This document shows positions 25,387 through 38,425 of a stretch of DNA of 64,000 nt, piece by piece. The notes under the pieces are model-generated. The model did not search any database, had not been told where the DNA came from, and worked only from the letters and a program-made list of their open reading frames with translations. The DNA comes from Camelus dromedarius (Eukaryota), in assembly GCF_036321535.1 (NCBI RefSeq), contig NC_087447.1, positions 32,428,001 to 32,492,000 on the forward strand. The letters run 5' to 3'. Every line of letters starts with the position of its first letter. Positions within the stretch are counted from its first letter, which is position 1. Made by a program: the position numbers and the translations under genes.

Positions 25387-26269
25387 GTATCTGAGATCTT
25401 AAGGACTTCATTAGACTTTTTGAAAGGTGACTATTAAAATTAGTTTGTGTAGGTTAAAAATCAGTGTGCTCTGTACCATGGGAGTTAGCTAAGTTAATTC
25501 AGCGTTGAAAGACAGAGCCTGTGGTGAATGGGGATATAAAATAAATACTTACAAAGATGAAATACCTTACATAGAGAAAAGAGTTTAAAAGTATATATTC
25601 AGTATTGCCTGGGAAAGGAATATATTGGATCAAGTGAACCCAAGCTAATATATGTCTGAACTATTCTCAGTCATGGGTAAGTTTGATATGTTGCCTTTGC
25701 TGGGTTCTCAGTAGCTTCCTAAAACCAAGATATTTCTCCCCTTTGAATTTGGTACTTATCAAGGAATGGGTTGATTAGTCAGTTGGCTTACCATTATACT
25801 GGTAGGAGGTGAGTTTAGGTAGGGAGTTCTGGGGTGAGGGGAGGATGGGACTTGGGATGGACTATAGACATTATGCTCATCTACTATAAAGCAACACAAT
25901 GACATTTTGGTTGCTAGAATGGTCTTGTGTGATTAACTTAGTGTTTGGCTGTCGCTGAAATTTGGATCATACTTGGATAAATAAGAATATACAGCTTCTG
26001 GAATTTTAAGATGGAAATCCATACTCTGAAAACATGATGCCCCAAAATGCCCCAAAATGTGGTGCCTCTGTCCCTCAGAGACTTGCAGGTATCTAACTGA
26101 TAGTCCTGGATAGTACTCCCATTATGCATTCCCAACATTGAAATCTTTTTTTACTTAAAAAACAAAAGCAAACTCACCAACTCAGTTTAATTTTTTTTTT
26201 TTTTTTTGCTCTGGATTCAACTAGCTAGGGAGGAAGAAAGCATTCTGATCTTCCATCTTTCCTTCTTTC

Positions 26270-26650
26270 TTTCCTTCCTTTTATTTGACATATATGTGTT
26301 GAATAGTTACAGTGCCAGGCGCTATTCTTGGTGCTTTGTAAATAAGGCAGATACATTTCTTTACATAAAGTACATAGCCTAGACCAAGTAGAGATGAACA
26401 AAAAACAAGAAGCAGGTAAGAATTTCTGAAGGGTTATAATGAAGACAGAACAGGGTAACATAAAAGAAAGTGACCAGAGGTAGGAAAAGTCTACTTTGTG
26501 TAGATGATATGAACAAGTCTCTCAAAGATAGTGTTATTTTTATTAGGACTTAATAAGGTAGAATAAGCCATGAAAGAGGCTGAGCAAGAGGATTCCAGAG
26601 GGAGGAAAAAGCTTGTGCAAATGCCCTGAGGTAGAAGTAAGCTTGGCATT
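26270..26650 (-). mobile_element. L2 fragment
   Basis: 'tttatttgacatatatgtgttgaatagttacagtgccaggc', 'ttccagagggaggaaaaagcttgtgcaaatgccctgaggtagaa'. Confidence 0.75.
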
Positions 26651-26929
26651 AAAATAATTATACAAATTTAAACCAATATGGAATTAAATCCAAGTTAACA
26701 AATTTTGAAATTTCTAAATTATGTATTTGGCTTTAGGTTAACGCAATCAGATGTGGAGTGCTCAACAGCCAATTTGGGGGGAGGGTATGTCATATGATTT
26801 ATCTTCTTTATATGTCAACTTTAGAGTAGATTAAAACGTGATTTAGGAAATTTCTTTCCAGGTTGTAATAAATGTGTTATCCTTGATTGGTTTATGCTGA
26901 CATTGATAAAATAAGCAGATACTATCTGT

Positions 26930-27330
26930 CAATCTGTGTTAACTTAGTTGTAAATTAGTAAGCCCAGTTGGGCTAAAGTGGAAATTTATTGGCTCAAAGG
27001 ATCAAAGAAATGGTTCAACACAAAATTGACAAAAGGGAAGGAAGACAGCTGAGTTTCAGTTACTACCAGGATTTGGTCTCTCTCTTTCTTTTCTTTTTTT
27101 TTTTTTTTTTTTTTTCCTACTTGCTGCTGGGTTAACTTCATTTTTTCCTACTGTGGATGGATTTCTTCAGATTGGTGATTGACATGGCCACTGACAGTTT
27201 TGAGTTTTATATTTTTAAGTTTCTGCCACCGGCAGCTACCACCGTCTCTGAATCCCACACATCCCAAGGGCTCTGACTGGCTGAGTACGTAAACGAGAAG
27301 ATGAAGCAGATGTTGAGCAATGTAGAAGCA
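26930..27330 (-). mobile_element. Old MaLR LTR (MLT1J/K-like)
   Basis: 'ggaaatttattggctca', 'aacttcattttttcctactgtggatggatttct', 'catggccactgacag', 'gggctctgactggctgag'. Confidence 0.55.
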
Positions 27331-27925
27331 TGGTAGTTCTGCTGGTGTCGTTCAGAGAACAAGGGGTTGCCTTTCCCTGTAATAGATGGGGAGGGGGCGG
27401 GTTAGGAGATGCTGTGCAGTTAGGATACTTGATAGTCAATACACTGTTATTTACCAATATCCATTTGAAAACCAACATAAAACACAAATCTACTGCCAAT
27501 ATGATTCTATTCCTGTCTGCAACAACAGTAACAACCAAAAGATTCATAACAAAAAAGGATCAGCAAGCTCTTTTCATTGTTCACCCTTAATCACAAGATT
27601 CAGTTTGTATAGAAACAGAGTTAACATGGATAGAGGGAAAAGTCTTAACATCCTAAACTACCCAAGTCTAAGTTTTAAGATTAAAAGCAACTGTCCCAGA
27701 TCTGAAAGATAATAGATTTAGGGAGCCCTGTCTGCATGTGAATGGAGGCATGGCTGTTTTGAATGTCTGCATGGGTCACTGTGCCAGAATAACTGCCTGT
27801 GAAAGGGAGAATTTGTTTTATTTATTCAGACTCCGATTATTTTACGCTAAAATCCGTGTGTGTGGGTTTCTGTTTCAAATTTAAATTATCTGGAGAATTG
27901 CCTCAGTTCTATGCTTTACACCACT

Positions 27926-28387
27926 TGTGATGGTTAATTTTATGTGTTAACTTGACTGGGCTAAAGAACACCCAGATGGCTGGTAAAACACCATTTCTGC
28001 ATTTGTCTGTGAGAGTGTTTCCAGAAGTGATTAGGATTTGAATAAGCAGGCTGAGTAAAGAAGATAACCGTCATCGATGTTGGTGGACATCATCCAGTTC
28101 ACTGAGGGCCTGACCAGAACAAAAAAGCAGAAGCAGGGTGAGTTTGCTCATTGCTTGAGCTGAGACATCTGTCTTCTCCTGTCCTCGGACGGCAGTGCTC
28201 CTCGATCTCAGGCCTTCGGACTCATACTAAATGACACCACTGGCTTCCTGGGTCTCCAGGGTGCAGATGGCAGATTGTGGGACTTCTTGTCCTCCATAAT
28301 TGCCTCAGCCGGTTCCTATAACAAACTTCTCATATAAATGTGTATCTCCTATTGGTTCTATTTCTCTGGAGAACCCTGGCTAATACT
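27926..28387 (+). mobile_element. MLT2 (ERVL) solo LTR
   Basis: 'tgtgatggttaattttatgtgttaacttgactgggcta' ... 'cctattggttctatttctctggagaaccctggctaatac'. Confidence 0.93.
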
Positions 28388-31249
28388 CTGCTTCACAGTA
28401 AAGGTTAAGTGATTGTATAGTTCATTTGAGCATTGTAGGTAAACGTGATGATTCATTTCCTCGAATGGAGCTTTTCTATTTGCCATTCTATACTGGCTGT
28501 ACCAGCAGGTTAGTCTCCAGCTGTGTTCTTTGTGTGTGCAACGTGCTGTTACTTGATGATTGTGCTGCGTACACACTCAGTGTAGCTTAAATCCCACAAT
28601 AAAGCTGATGTTTCATATAATCCCAACCTTCAAACCTCAAAACTTTCTTTACTGATTATCAAAATGTCTAAGGTGTTTACTGCCATTTGAATAATTTAAC
28701 ATTTTTAGGCCATTTGTTTTTTAGTTTTGGATTTTTTTCCAATGCTTTTCAGATTATAATGAAGTGGCAGCAATGAACAGTTAGACAATTATGCAACACA
28801 CAATTTTCTACTAAGTATTAATCACACACCAATTACCTTAAGGGAGCAGTCTCATTCTCCTCTTGCTTGCCCTTCGCTCCTCTAATTACAACATTTTGGA
28901 AGCAGATAAACTTTATGAAGATTTAAGATGCTTCCAAATACCATTCTATTTATTTTTTCCTATTAAGCTCCACTAATGCAGCCTAGGGAATTGGGAGAAC
29001 AATAGATAATGTTTGTTCTATAGAAACTTTCAATCAAAATTGTACTTCTTTGAGATCACCTGTTTAAAAAAAAACAACCATCAAGTGGTTTGTGCTTATT
29101 TTAATAGAACTTTAAAAGGTTTACTTCTTTGTACACTCATTTCTTACAGTATCAGCCATGAGGTGTTTACACCGGGTTTTCTTGTCGTAGTTGGGATATG
29201 TCTAGTCCAGGTGGCGTCACTTCCATTGCACCTCAGATTCTGTTAAGGAAGATAGTCCCTCAGAATTGTCTCTGGTGATTGGTGCTTTGTGAATCTTTTA
29301 TTCTCTATGTGGGTTTAAGATGATTTCTAAAACTATAAAGTATTTTGTAAATGAGATGGGATTGATCATTGTGGCTCCATGGCCCCAGACTTATGATTCA
29401 AAGAGGATTAAAAAAAGACAGTGGTCCCTGGTGGAGGCCTGTTGTGTAAACGGATCTCAGTCTTTAAGGCAGTTTGCAGCAGAAGCCTCTGAGGTTAGAG
29501 GCGGTAGGCTTTGTATATTTCACAACCTCTCTGTTAGTGAGATGCTACAGGGTCTCCTACCAAATTCTTATAATACTTGTACGTTCACTACTGAGCAGAC
29601 ACAAAAACTGTTGTTTCTGTAACGGGACACCCCATTCTATGACTGCAAGCACTCCAGATGTACCATGCTTGAGGGGTTCTCTCTAAAACGGACTCCAGAT
29701 CAGCCACCTTTTAATTGGATAAGGTGATAGGAGCATTTGTTTAGACCAGGGGGACCTAGGTTTCAAATAATTTCAAGACCTAAAGTGATGCTTTGAAGGT
29801 GTTGAGCAATTGCCCTTGGCAGACTTTGGTATCTGGGTCATGAAAGGTTATTGGAGCTTACAAAATATTTCTAGTCAACAAGAGGTCTTGAATGCCATTT
29901 ATTTTTAACCAATGGGGAAAAATCACCATTCCTTTTGTAAATTAACACCTGTGTTATTAGAATATATTTAGAATAAATATTTAAAATGCTGGCATAGTCA
30001 CTTTGGAACCTGGATTCTTGATTGCAGTACTTCAAGTACTAAATAGCTGTCCCTAGAGAGCAAATTAAAGTTAATTCACATACCTAAACATGCACAGTGT
30101 ACACACCCACAAACACCCATCTACAAAATATACTGTTATTTATGTGGAAGTATTTTAATATAAATTGCCACACAGAAGTTATAACAAGGCAATAAGATCA
30201 TATTTCAGAACCTCCATAGTCTAGAGTTCTTTACAGTTACTACTTTCTCTACCCCAGTGGAGCCAAATATCACTTTCTTTCTGTGTCTATAACGCAGTGC
30301 ACTCAGGAATAAACTGGGTTCCTACACACACTTCACTTGTAGTCCTTTTCCAGTGACATTAAATACAATTACTTGGTCACAAATAAATTATAATTGAGAG
30401 AAAATTACTTGCTAGTGGTTCCTGTGTTTCGTACTTTGTTTTTTCTTCTACTGTCTTTTCATTCTTTCTATTCAAGAGGAATGGTTGGAGTGGGAGGAAG
30501 GCAGGACCAGGAGAGGGACCATTTAGCTACATAGTATCATAAATAAACAGATACGAAATTAACTCTTTCCTTCTCCTCTTTTCCTTACATTTCATCAAAG
30601 GTGTCAATTCCATGACAGGTTGGGCAGGCCCTGAATACTGGATTAAGAAAAGTACGGAGCCATAGTCAAATCTCTTTCTATTACTGAGACGTTTACAAGT
30701 ATAAAAAAGAGCATACTATTTGGTGTGAACATTAAACTTCATCAGCGTAGCACGTCTCTTATTACACTAGCCCTCTAAAAATGATATTCCAGAATGCTCA
30801 TTTTACTTTTGTAATTCTCAGAATGAATTTCTGGAATAGCTGAATGGAGAGCTCCCCTATGGAAACAGGAAGTGGCACATGTCCCAGTGTCCCTCCTACT
30901 AGCTTCTAGGAATGGCTCTCCCTTGATTTTGTGAAGGCTTTGAGGATAGGAACGGGCTTTCATTCATTTTTGTATCCCCTCCGCTGACTACTTAGTAATA
31001 CTCGAAACAGTACACTAAATAGACAAGTGAATGAGTAAATACATGAAACAATGAAGGACATAAATAAGCATTAGTTTATAGAAATGAAAGAAAAGTTGAA
31101 TGGTAAAAAAGCCAAATGAGAACATTTAAATCTTTGGCCAGTAGGGAGTAGATTGAATCTTTTTTTTCCCCTAGAAATAGCAAGATGAGCAAATTTTACT
31201 TCCTCCTTTAGAAACTGTATCCCTGAAGTTCAGTACCTTAATATTTTAA

Positions 31250-32130
31250 ACAACCAGCTGTGACTTGAGGGCAGTGAGAAAGTGGGGAGTGAGGATTTCA
31301 AGGCAATGACTGTTTCAGGCAGATGAATTGCAATGGCACAGACCCTGATGCTTGTTCAAGAAGCTGGGATTGGGGTGGAGTGAGTTGGAGACAGTAGAGG
31401 CAGAGGCTCTCAGAGACCAAACTGAGTAAGGACGTGGCATTTCACTCTCAGTGAGGTAGGAAAACTTAAAGCAGTTTCAGGAGAGAAATCTAATAACTGG
31501 CTTACATTTTAAAAGAATCACTCTGGCTACTGTGATACCAGGATAGAGATATAAGAAAGGAAGTCAAAAACCTGCTAAAGGGCACATGGGGGATTTCTTG
31601 TTGGAGGAGATGGAAAACAGATGAAAAAGATCATCTCAGAAAGTGATAAACGCAGAGAACAACAACACTGATATATGATGGGGACTGGAGGCTGGGTGGC
31701 TGGTTTTCCATTTTGGAGAAGGTCATTAGGATCAGTCTTTCTTAGGAAGTAACATTTTAGCTTAGACTAGAAGATGAGAAAATCTAGCTTGATGACTATG
31801 TAGAGGCAGAGGATGCTTGGCCAAAAAAATAGCGAGAGTAAGCATTGCTCAAACATTACACTGTGCTTAATGAATATTCAGCTGACACTAAGCCATTAAG
31901 TCAAAATTTGAACTTTTAATGTGGTTCAAATTTAGGGTGTGTGTGGTATAGTTGAAGTGCATGGGCTTCAAGGCTGGACTAAGTTTACTTCAATTCACAA
32001 TTTCCTCCTTATCAGTTATATGACCTAAGATCAGTCACGAAAACTCTCTAAATGCTGTTGTGAGGATTAAATGAGATAACACACGCCAAGTGGCTAGCAT
32101 GAGTCCTGTTGTATATTACGTGTTCAATAA
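31250..32130. mobile_element. L2 (antisense) and MIR fragments
   Basis: 'cttacattttaaaagaatcactctggctactgtg' (L2); 'gttgtgaggattaaatgagataac' (MIR). Confidence 0.7.
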
Positions 32131-33729
32131 TATTATTCTCTTCTAAAAATGAAGGAAAGGAAAACGTATTATCACAACTGAATAAGACAAAGACGTTTCT
32201 TTGTAGTAGACAGTGCTAATCTGCAGAACAGGACATTGCTTTCCTCTACTTCTCAGTGCTTTGCTGCACATACAGATGGGTTCTGTGGACATTGGTTTGG
32301 AGCTGACAGTCATACAGCAGAAATGCTGAGTGAACCACCTTCTTGAGCTTAGCCTTCTTTGTGGTTACAAGTTCACCTTTCTGCTATGCTGTTCTAAGGT
32401 AGAAGATTCTTTGATAATGTGAAGAGGAAATATCCCCAGGCACGAGTCCAGAAGATGCAGTGTTGTGGTGGCCACGGCTGGTTCACAGTTGGGTGCTGTG
32501 ACTTTTTCATTTAACACGGAACCTTAAACTTAGTGACCCATAATTTCAAATGCAAACATTAAATAAAAGAATTGAAATGTTTTGTTGGTTATTTTACTCT
32601 GAAAAATTATTTTTAACATTTCAGTAGGGAGAATGAATCTCTATCTACCCACAAATCCTAGTGCTTCAGAAATGTAACCTTTGGCGGTCTGTAAATCAAT
32701 GTAATTCTCTTTCAAGGGTTCACTCCCCTGATGACAGGAACTAAAATCTCAGTCAGCTCAAGGTCCTGCCCAAGGGTGGTGGCTAAAGCCTGTAGCTCAC
32801 GTTGTAGGGCACGGTGATGTCTGGTTCCTGACAGTCATGTGTCCATGCAGATTTCTTCTGTGGTATCAGTCATCGGCCTGTCCTGGGTCACTGATTCCTG
32901 AAGATTGCCTCTGTGCTCTCCTTTGTTCCAGGTCTGGCTCACTCTTCTGATGCCTCAGAACCCCTCCTGGGAGCATGGAAAACCATTGAATTCCCTCCTT
33001 GTCTACTCTGAAGCTATGGGAGACTTGGGGTGGGATAGGGTGAAGTGAGGGGCTGAATTAGACGTGTACATCACAGCCACTTCTACTGTAGTGTTTCTGG
33101 GGCCCCTTCTCAGGAATCTTACCTCCTTCTCAGCTCTCTTCAGTTCCCTCTGACTTCCTTCTGTCTAGAATTTTACAGCTCAAAAGCTACATACAAACTG
33201 ATAGGCATTCTGCTGGGTCATCCTATCCTTGGATTAGTAAAGATAAGACGAGACTTCGAGTTGCTCTAACTAGGAGAAGGGGTTGGATAATGAGAAATAT
33301 CTTGTAAATAACATTGATTAATATTTCAAAATACTACTCTGCCTCACTTCTATAGTAAAATAATTTTGACATATCCATCTCTCACATAGAAAAATGCAGT
33401 TGATGAAATAATCTTTTATCAACTTTAATCAAAGTTGGTTATAAGTACAGAGAGCAGATAGTCACCACTTAAGCAGTGAAGGGGCCAATATTCATTATTA
33501 TGTCTCTGCTGCATCTCCTGAGTTTGGTTCCTCGGTGTTCTTTTAAAAACAAACTTTTTTGAGTGACTCAGATCAGCAATGTTTTAAGATTGCCTCCACC
33601 TCATATTCTTAGATAGTTTTGTCTAAACCATGTCCCTTAGTCAAAAGGAGTATCACAAGCAAATTGGTTTATATTTGTTTTGCACTGCTAAAATGTGGTC
33701 CTGGAGATTATGATCACAAAAGACTCCAA

Positions 33730-34295
33730 CATATACTGTATTAGCACTATTTTATCCCAAAGCCACAGAAACCTAATTTAAACTCCTGAAGCTGAAAGGA
33801 GAATATATTGCCTTACATATCTGGAGCCAGCTTGATTCTGCATATCAGAACTCAGTGACATAAATGATGCTATTGGGGTTTTTTGTTGTTGTTGTCTGTC
33901 TCTTCTGTCTGTCTTTCATCTTTCCTTCCCTCTATATGTAACTTCAATTTTCAGACAGACTTTCTGTGGTGGAAGAGATAACCAAGCTTATATCCCTATA
34001 GCTTGTGATTCCAAAAAAAAGAAACATTCCCTTTTTTCCCCTTCAGTCTCCAAATACCAATTATCTGGAAGGCTTATGCTTCTATGGGCCATGTGTCCAT
34101 TCTTAATCCAATCACTGTAACCAGAAAGATGGACTGCTGTGATTGGCTGGCCTTAATCACATGCTCACAGCTATAATTGACAGCAACACCAGGACCACAT
34201 AGAATGTGGAAACATTGATTTCTAGTAGAAAAAGCAGTTTCCTGTTACCAGAAGAATGGAGAAGGGCTACAAGCAACAAAACAGATCTCCACTAT
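33730..34295 (-). mobile_element. Old MaLR LTR (MLT1K/L-like)
   Basis: 'catgtgtccattcttaatccaatcactgtaaccagaaagatgg...tgattggctggcct...cacatgctcac', 'ctgttaccagaagaa'. Confidence 0.6.
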
Positions 34296-35318
34296 AAAAG
34301 GTAAGAGGGGAATAGACAGAAGCTGTCTTTGTGTTTCTTTTTAAATTGGTTTTTGGGGCTAAGTTCACATTCATGATTGGTCCATGCACTATGATGGAAG
34401 ACTCATAGTACTCAAAGCATCCTGAAAAGATAATGGCAATTTCTATATCTCTCAACAATATTTTCACCCTGTTTTTAGTGATACTTTTTGAAATTTCTCA
34501 TTAAGAAATATTTTGTTGTTTTCCCCTTCCATCTCCTCCTCCCTCCCGTGTCACCATATACAAAGGCACTTTTTAAGTTTACACAACTGGCTGAACTGGC
34601 TGTTAGTAATCCAGATAAGGTGGTGAAAACAATCTGTTTGTGTGGGATTTGATCCAGTGTGTCAAAAAAAATATGTATTTCTAAGTTTCTTTGGAGGTCA
34701 CCTCATTCTAGGTGGGGAAAAAAAAAAAACCCAAAACAGTCGCCAAACTGCAGAATACTTCATCATATATCATACTCATATCTCAGAATCTATTTCCTCT
34801 TCCTCACTTTGTTTCTCTGGCATGATACATGCTCCTGCCAAAGTCAGAATTATCAGTGATATGGAGGATGAGACTAAATCAGATTTATTGTAGCTGGTGG
34901 ATAAAGCACCTCCAAATCAGGCAGAAAATGCCAATATCATTGACCTCAAGGGAGATATGTGGTTTCTGTACTGTGTAGCTTTGGACGCTTCAGCCTGCAG
35001 CAAAGCATCAAAACAGCAGCAGAAAGGGATTTTCTCATGACCAGAATGCAGAGTGTCATCACTGATCCAGACTTATGAAGGACCGTAACAGTTCCAAGTC
35101 TATGCAGAGAGAACTGAACAGGGGACCCCAAAATCTGAAATTCTAGTCCTGGCTTTTTCTATGCATTTTTAGGAGTTCTTGCTTAACCACCAAACCCCTT
35201 TCTGCCATCACTTTCCACTTTATTTGATATAAATATGATGATAACAGTTCTCATGGTGTCTGGATATTGATGCTCTTTTTGTGTGTGTGTGTGGCTATAA
35301 CGTTTCCATTAATAATAC

Positions 35319-35793
35319 TGTGATGGCTAGTTTTATGTGTCAACCTGATTGGGCTAAGGAATGCCAAGATAGCTGTGAAACATTATTCCTGAGGGTGTCT
35401 GTGAAAGTATCTCCAGAAAAGATTAGCACTCAAATCAGTAGACTGAGTAAAGATCACCCCCCCCCTCACCAATGGGGATGAGCGTTATCTAATCCATTGA
35501 GGGCCTCAGTAGAACAAAAAGGTGGAGGAAGAGCTGGTTCGTCCCCTCTGATTGAACTGATAACCAGCCACTCCTGCCCTCTGACTCCAGACCTCTGGAC
35601 TCGGTCCAGGACTTAGATACCATCCATCCTCTGATTCTCAGGACTTTAGATTGGGACTGCATTACACCACCAGCTTTCCTGGTTCTTTAGCTTAAAGACA
35701 GCAGATCGTGGGACTTCTTGGCCTACGTAACCACAAGTCAATTTCTGTAACTTATATCCTATTGATTCCATTTTTCTGGAGAACCCTAATGCA
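35319..35793 (+). mobile_element. MLT2 (ERVL) solo LTR
   Basis: 'tgtgatggctagttttatgtgtcaacctgattgggcta' ... 'ctggagaaccctaatgca'; flanks AATAC/AATAT (5-bp TSD, 1 mismatch). Confidence 0.92.
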
Positions 35794-37099
35794 AATATCA
35801 TCATCTAGTATTTCTTACATGATGTGTGTACCTTCCCAAAGACTTTTTTTTGCATCTGCAGTGCCATTTAATCTTTTCAATAACCCAGCCAGGAGAGCAT
35901 TTTTATTTCAACATTTAGAAGAAGAAACTGTGAAATACAGAAATTAGCTGACTTCTCTACAAGGCCCTAGAATAATGTGGAAAGTTTCAGTACTTAAACT
36001 TCTGTCTGTACTTTGACACGTTGCTTGCTCTTGTCTTTTTAGTTTTGTGATCATACATCCCTCTCTTTGCTAGTGAAACCTTCTTCACTTTAAAGCCATG
36101 TATTTCTCTTTCCTCCTTGTCTTCTGTATTTCTTTGTTAAAAAAATGAATGGAAGCTAAGATTTAATAAGCATTTACTATATGAAAAAATCTATCCAAAA
36201 TGTTTTACACTCATTGCTTCATTTATCTCCATCTGCAGCACTATAATTTAGGGGCTATTCTTATCATTTTACTGGTGAGAATATTGAGCCTTAAAGAGTT
36301 TAAGAAACTTGCTTACAGTCACACACTGAGACTCTGAACTCTTAAATACTCTGAGATACTGCCTCCCTGATCTACAGAAACTGCTTTCTCTGGTGTCTCT
36401 TTCCAGCTACGTTAAAAACAATGGATTAGGTAGATATATCCTTAGAGAGTAATTTTTTTCTTTATGCTAAGTTTTTTCCTGAATTTCTACATTGCTGTCT
36501 TCACCTTCCTTTTGTTAGGGCTTGCCACTTGGACATATCTTTCCGACTTTATCAATTCTCAACTTAACAGAACAAAAATATAGAAAAATCTTTTGAATTC
36601 TATCTTAGCACTGCACTTGTTGTAGTCTCCCTGGGGAATATTGCCCATGCCCATGCTTAACCTTTTGTCTAAAACTGATGACTCCCAAATATGGCATTCT
36701 GAGGGATATAAAGAGGACTACTGATTTTAAGTCTATGTTCTAATAAGTTTGGAGGATAATGAATTTTTAACAGTAGATCTTTTCATGACCTTTTGTATGA
36801 TGACAGATATTGTGACTCATTAAGAAGATCCAGTATGATGCCTTACCGAAACTTATTTTTTGTGCAACCTTTATTGGGAGAACATCTTGTAGAATTGATG
36901 TTCCTTGGAACCTAACTTAGGATATTCTGTTGAAATTTCTAATTCATTAGATCTGCAGTGGGCTCCAGGTATAAATTTCTAAGTTCATTGTTGATACCTA
37001 GATTTGAATAACATATAGCTATCTCAAAATCAGCATCAGATTTTTCTTTTTCTTCCATTTTTTTGTTTAACCACATACATTTATTTGGAGTACATTAAA

Positions 37100-37990
37100 A
37101 AAAAAGAGGTGAAGAGAGAAAAAATATTTGACTAAATAATGGCTGAAAATTTCCAAATATGATGATCAAAACTATAAACACACATATCCTAGAAACCCAA
37201 TGGTTTCTAAGCAGACCGTATGTAAAGAAGACTACATTAAGATACCCTGTAATCAATTTGCTGAAAACCAGTGATAAAAAGATCTTAAGAACAGCCTGAG
37301 AAAAAGAATTCATTGCATACAAAGGAACAAATATGAGTCACAACCAGAAGACAATATAGAATGCCATTTTTAATAAACCGAACGAAAAGAACAGTCAACT
37401 TGGAATTCTATAAACTGCAAAATAACACTAGAAAAATAAAAGTGATACAAAGATTTTTTTCAGACAAATAAATTTGAGAGCATTTCTTACCAGTAGATCT
37501 GCACTCAAAATATTTTGAAGGAAGTTCTTTGGTTCAAATTTTAAAAAATGGAAATTTGAATCTACATAAGGGAATGAAGAGCACAGGAAATAGTAAATAT
37601 GTGGGGAATGATAAAATACAAATTTTCTAATTTTTAATTACTCTAAAAATAGTTGACTATTTTAAGAAAAATAATAACAAATCATATTTATATCTATGTA
37701 GGCGTGAAATATATGATAATACCACAAAGAGGATGAGGGAGAAAATGGAAGTCTACTGTTGTTAAGGATCTTATATTATAAATGAAGTGCTATAATATTA
37801 TATGAAGGTAGACCATAGTAAGTAAAAAGATGTGCATTGTAAAACCTAGAGCTATGACTGAAAAAAAAAATACAAAGAGGTAGGGCCAGTAAGCCAACAA
37901 AGGAGATAAAATGGAAGCATAAAAAATACTAAGTTAACTTTTAAAAAGATAGGAGAAGAAGGGAAAAGACGAAATTTAGGAGGGAGATGG
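37100..37990 (+). mobile_element. Old L1M fragment (ORF1 and inter-ORF region)
   Basis: Decayed ORF1p peptides IMAENFQ ('ataatggctgaaaatttccaaat'), LLKTSDKKILRTA ('ttgctgaaaaccagtgataaaaagatcttaagaacagcc'), and 'ttaccagtagatctgcact'. Confidence 0.85.
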
Positions 37991-38079
37991 CAGTTTCTTG
38001 GATTGTGGCAGTTGCAGTGCATGTTGTAATATGCGGTCATGTTTTGTGCTGTGTGTGCTTAGCCTATCAATAACTAATG

Positions 38080-38425
38080 TTGTAGCTAGACTGACCTTCG
38101 TGGTTCTTTTATGGTTGAAAGTCATCCTCAGCAATAGCTAACAGGAAACTTTGAAAGAGACAAGGTTTATTATTTACAAGTCTTGGCAATTCCACTGCAT
38201 ATCTGGAGTCACACAGAGAGGTTGCAGGTACACACACATATACAGAGCACTGTGTGGGCTTCGGGCTCCCCTTTTATTGGGGTCAAAGATGGGGGCCTAG
38301 GGTTTTGAGGGCTCACTCTTTCTTGGTGAATTTAAAACATAAGAGCAGGAATTGAAAGCCCAGATGGAGGAAAAGCAAGGGGCCAAATGGTCAGTTATCA
38401 AAATCAACCAATATCTCTAAAACAG
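38080..38425 (-). mobile_element. ERVL-type LTR fragment (MER54/MER74 group, tentative)
   Basis: Reverse complement of 38270-38416 aligns by eye with 41977-42130 (shared 'ggttgatt..gataactgaccatttg', 'ttatgttttaaattcaccaa', 'ctaggccc', 'caataaaag'). Confidence 0.65.

Noticed and set aside
34642..35040. In-frame stretch ..DMEDETKSDLL*LVDKAPPNQAENANIIDLKGD.. as an exon or pseudogene
   Set aside because: No recognised protein, weak acceptor, interrupted by stops.
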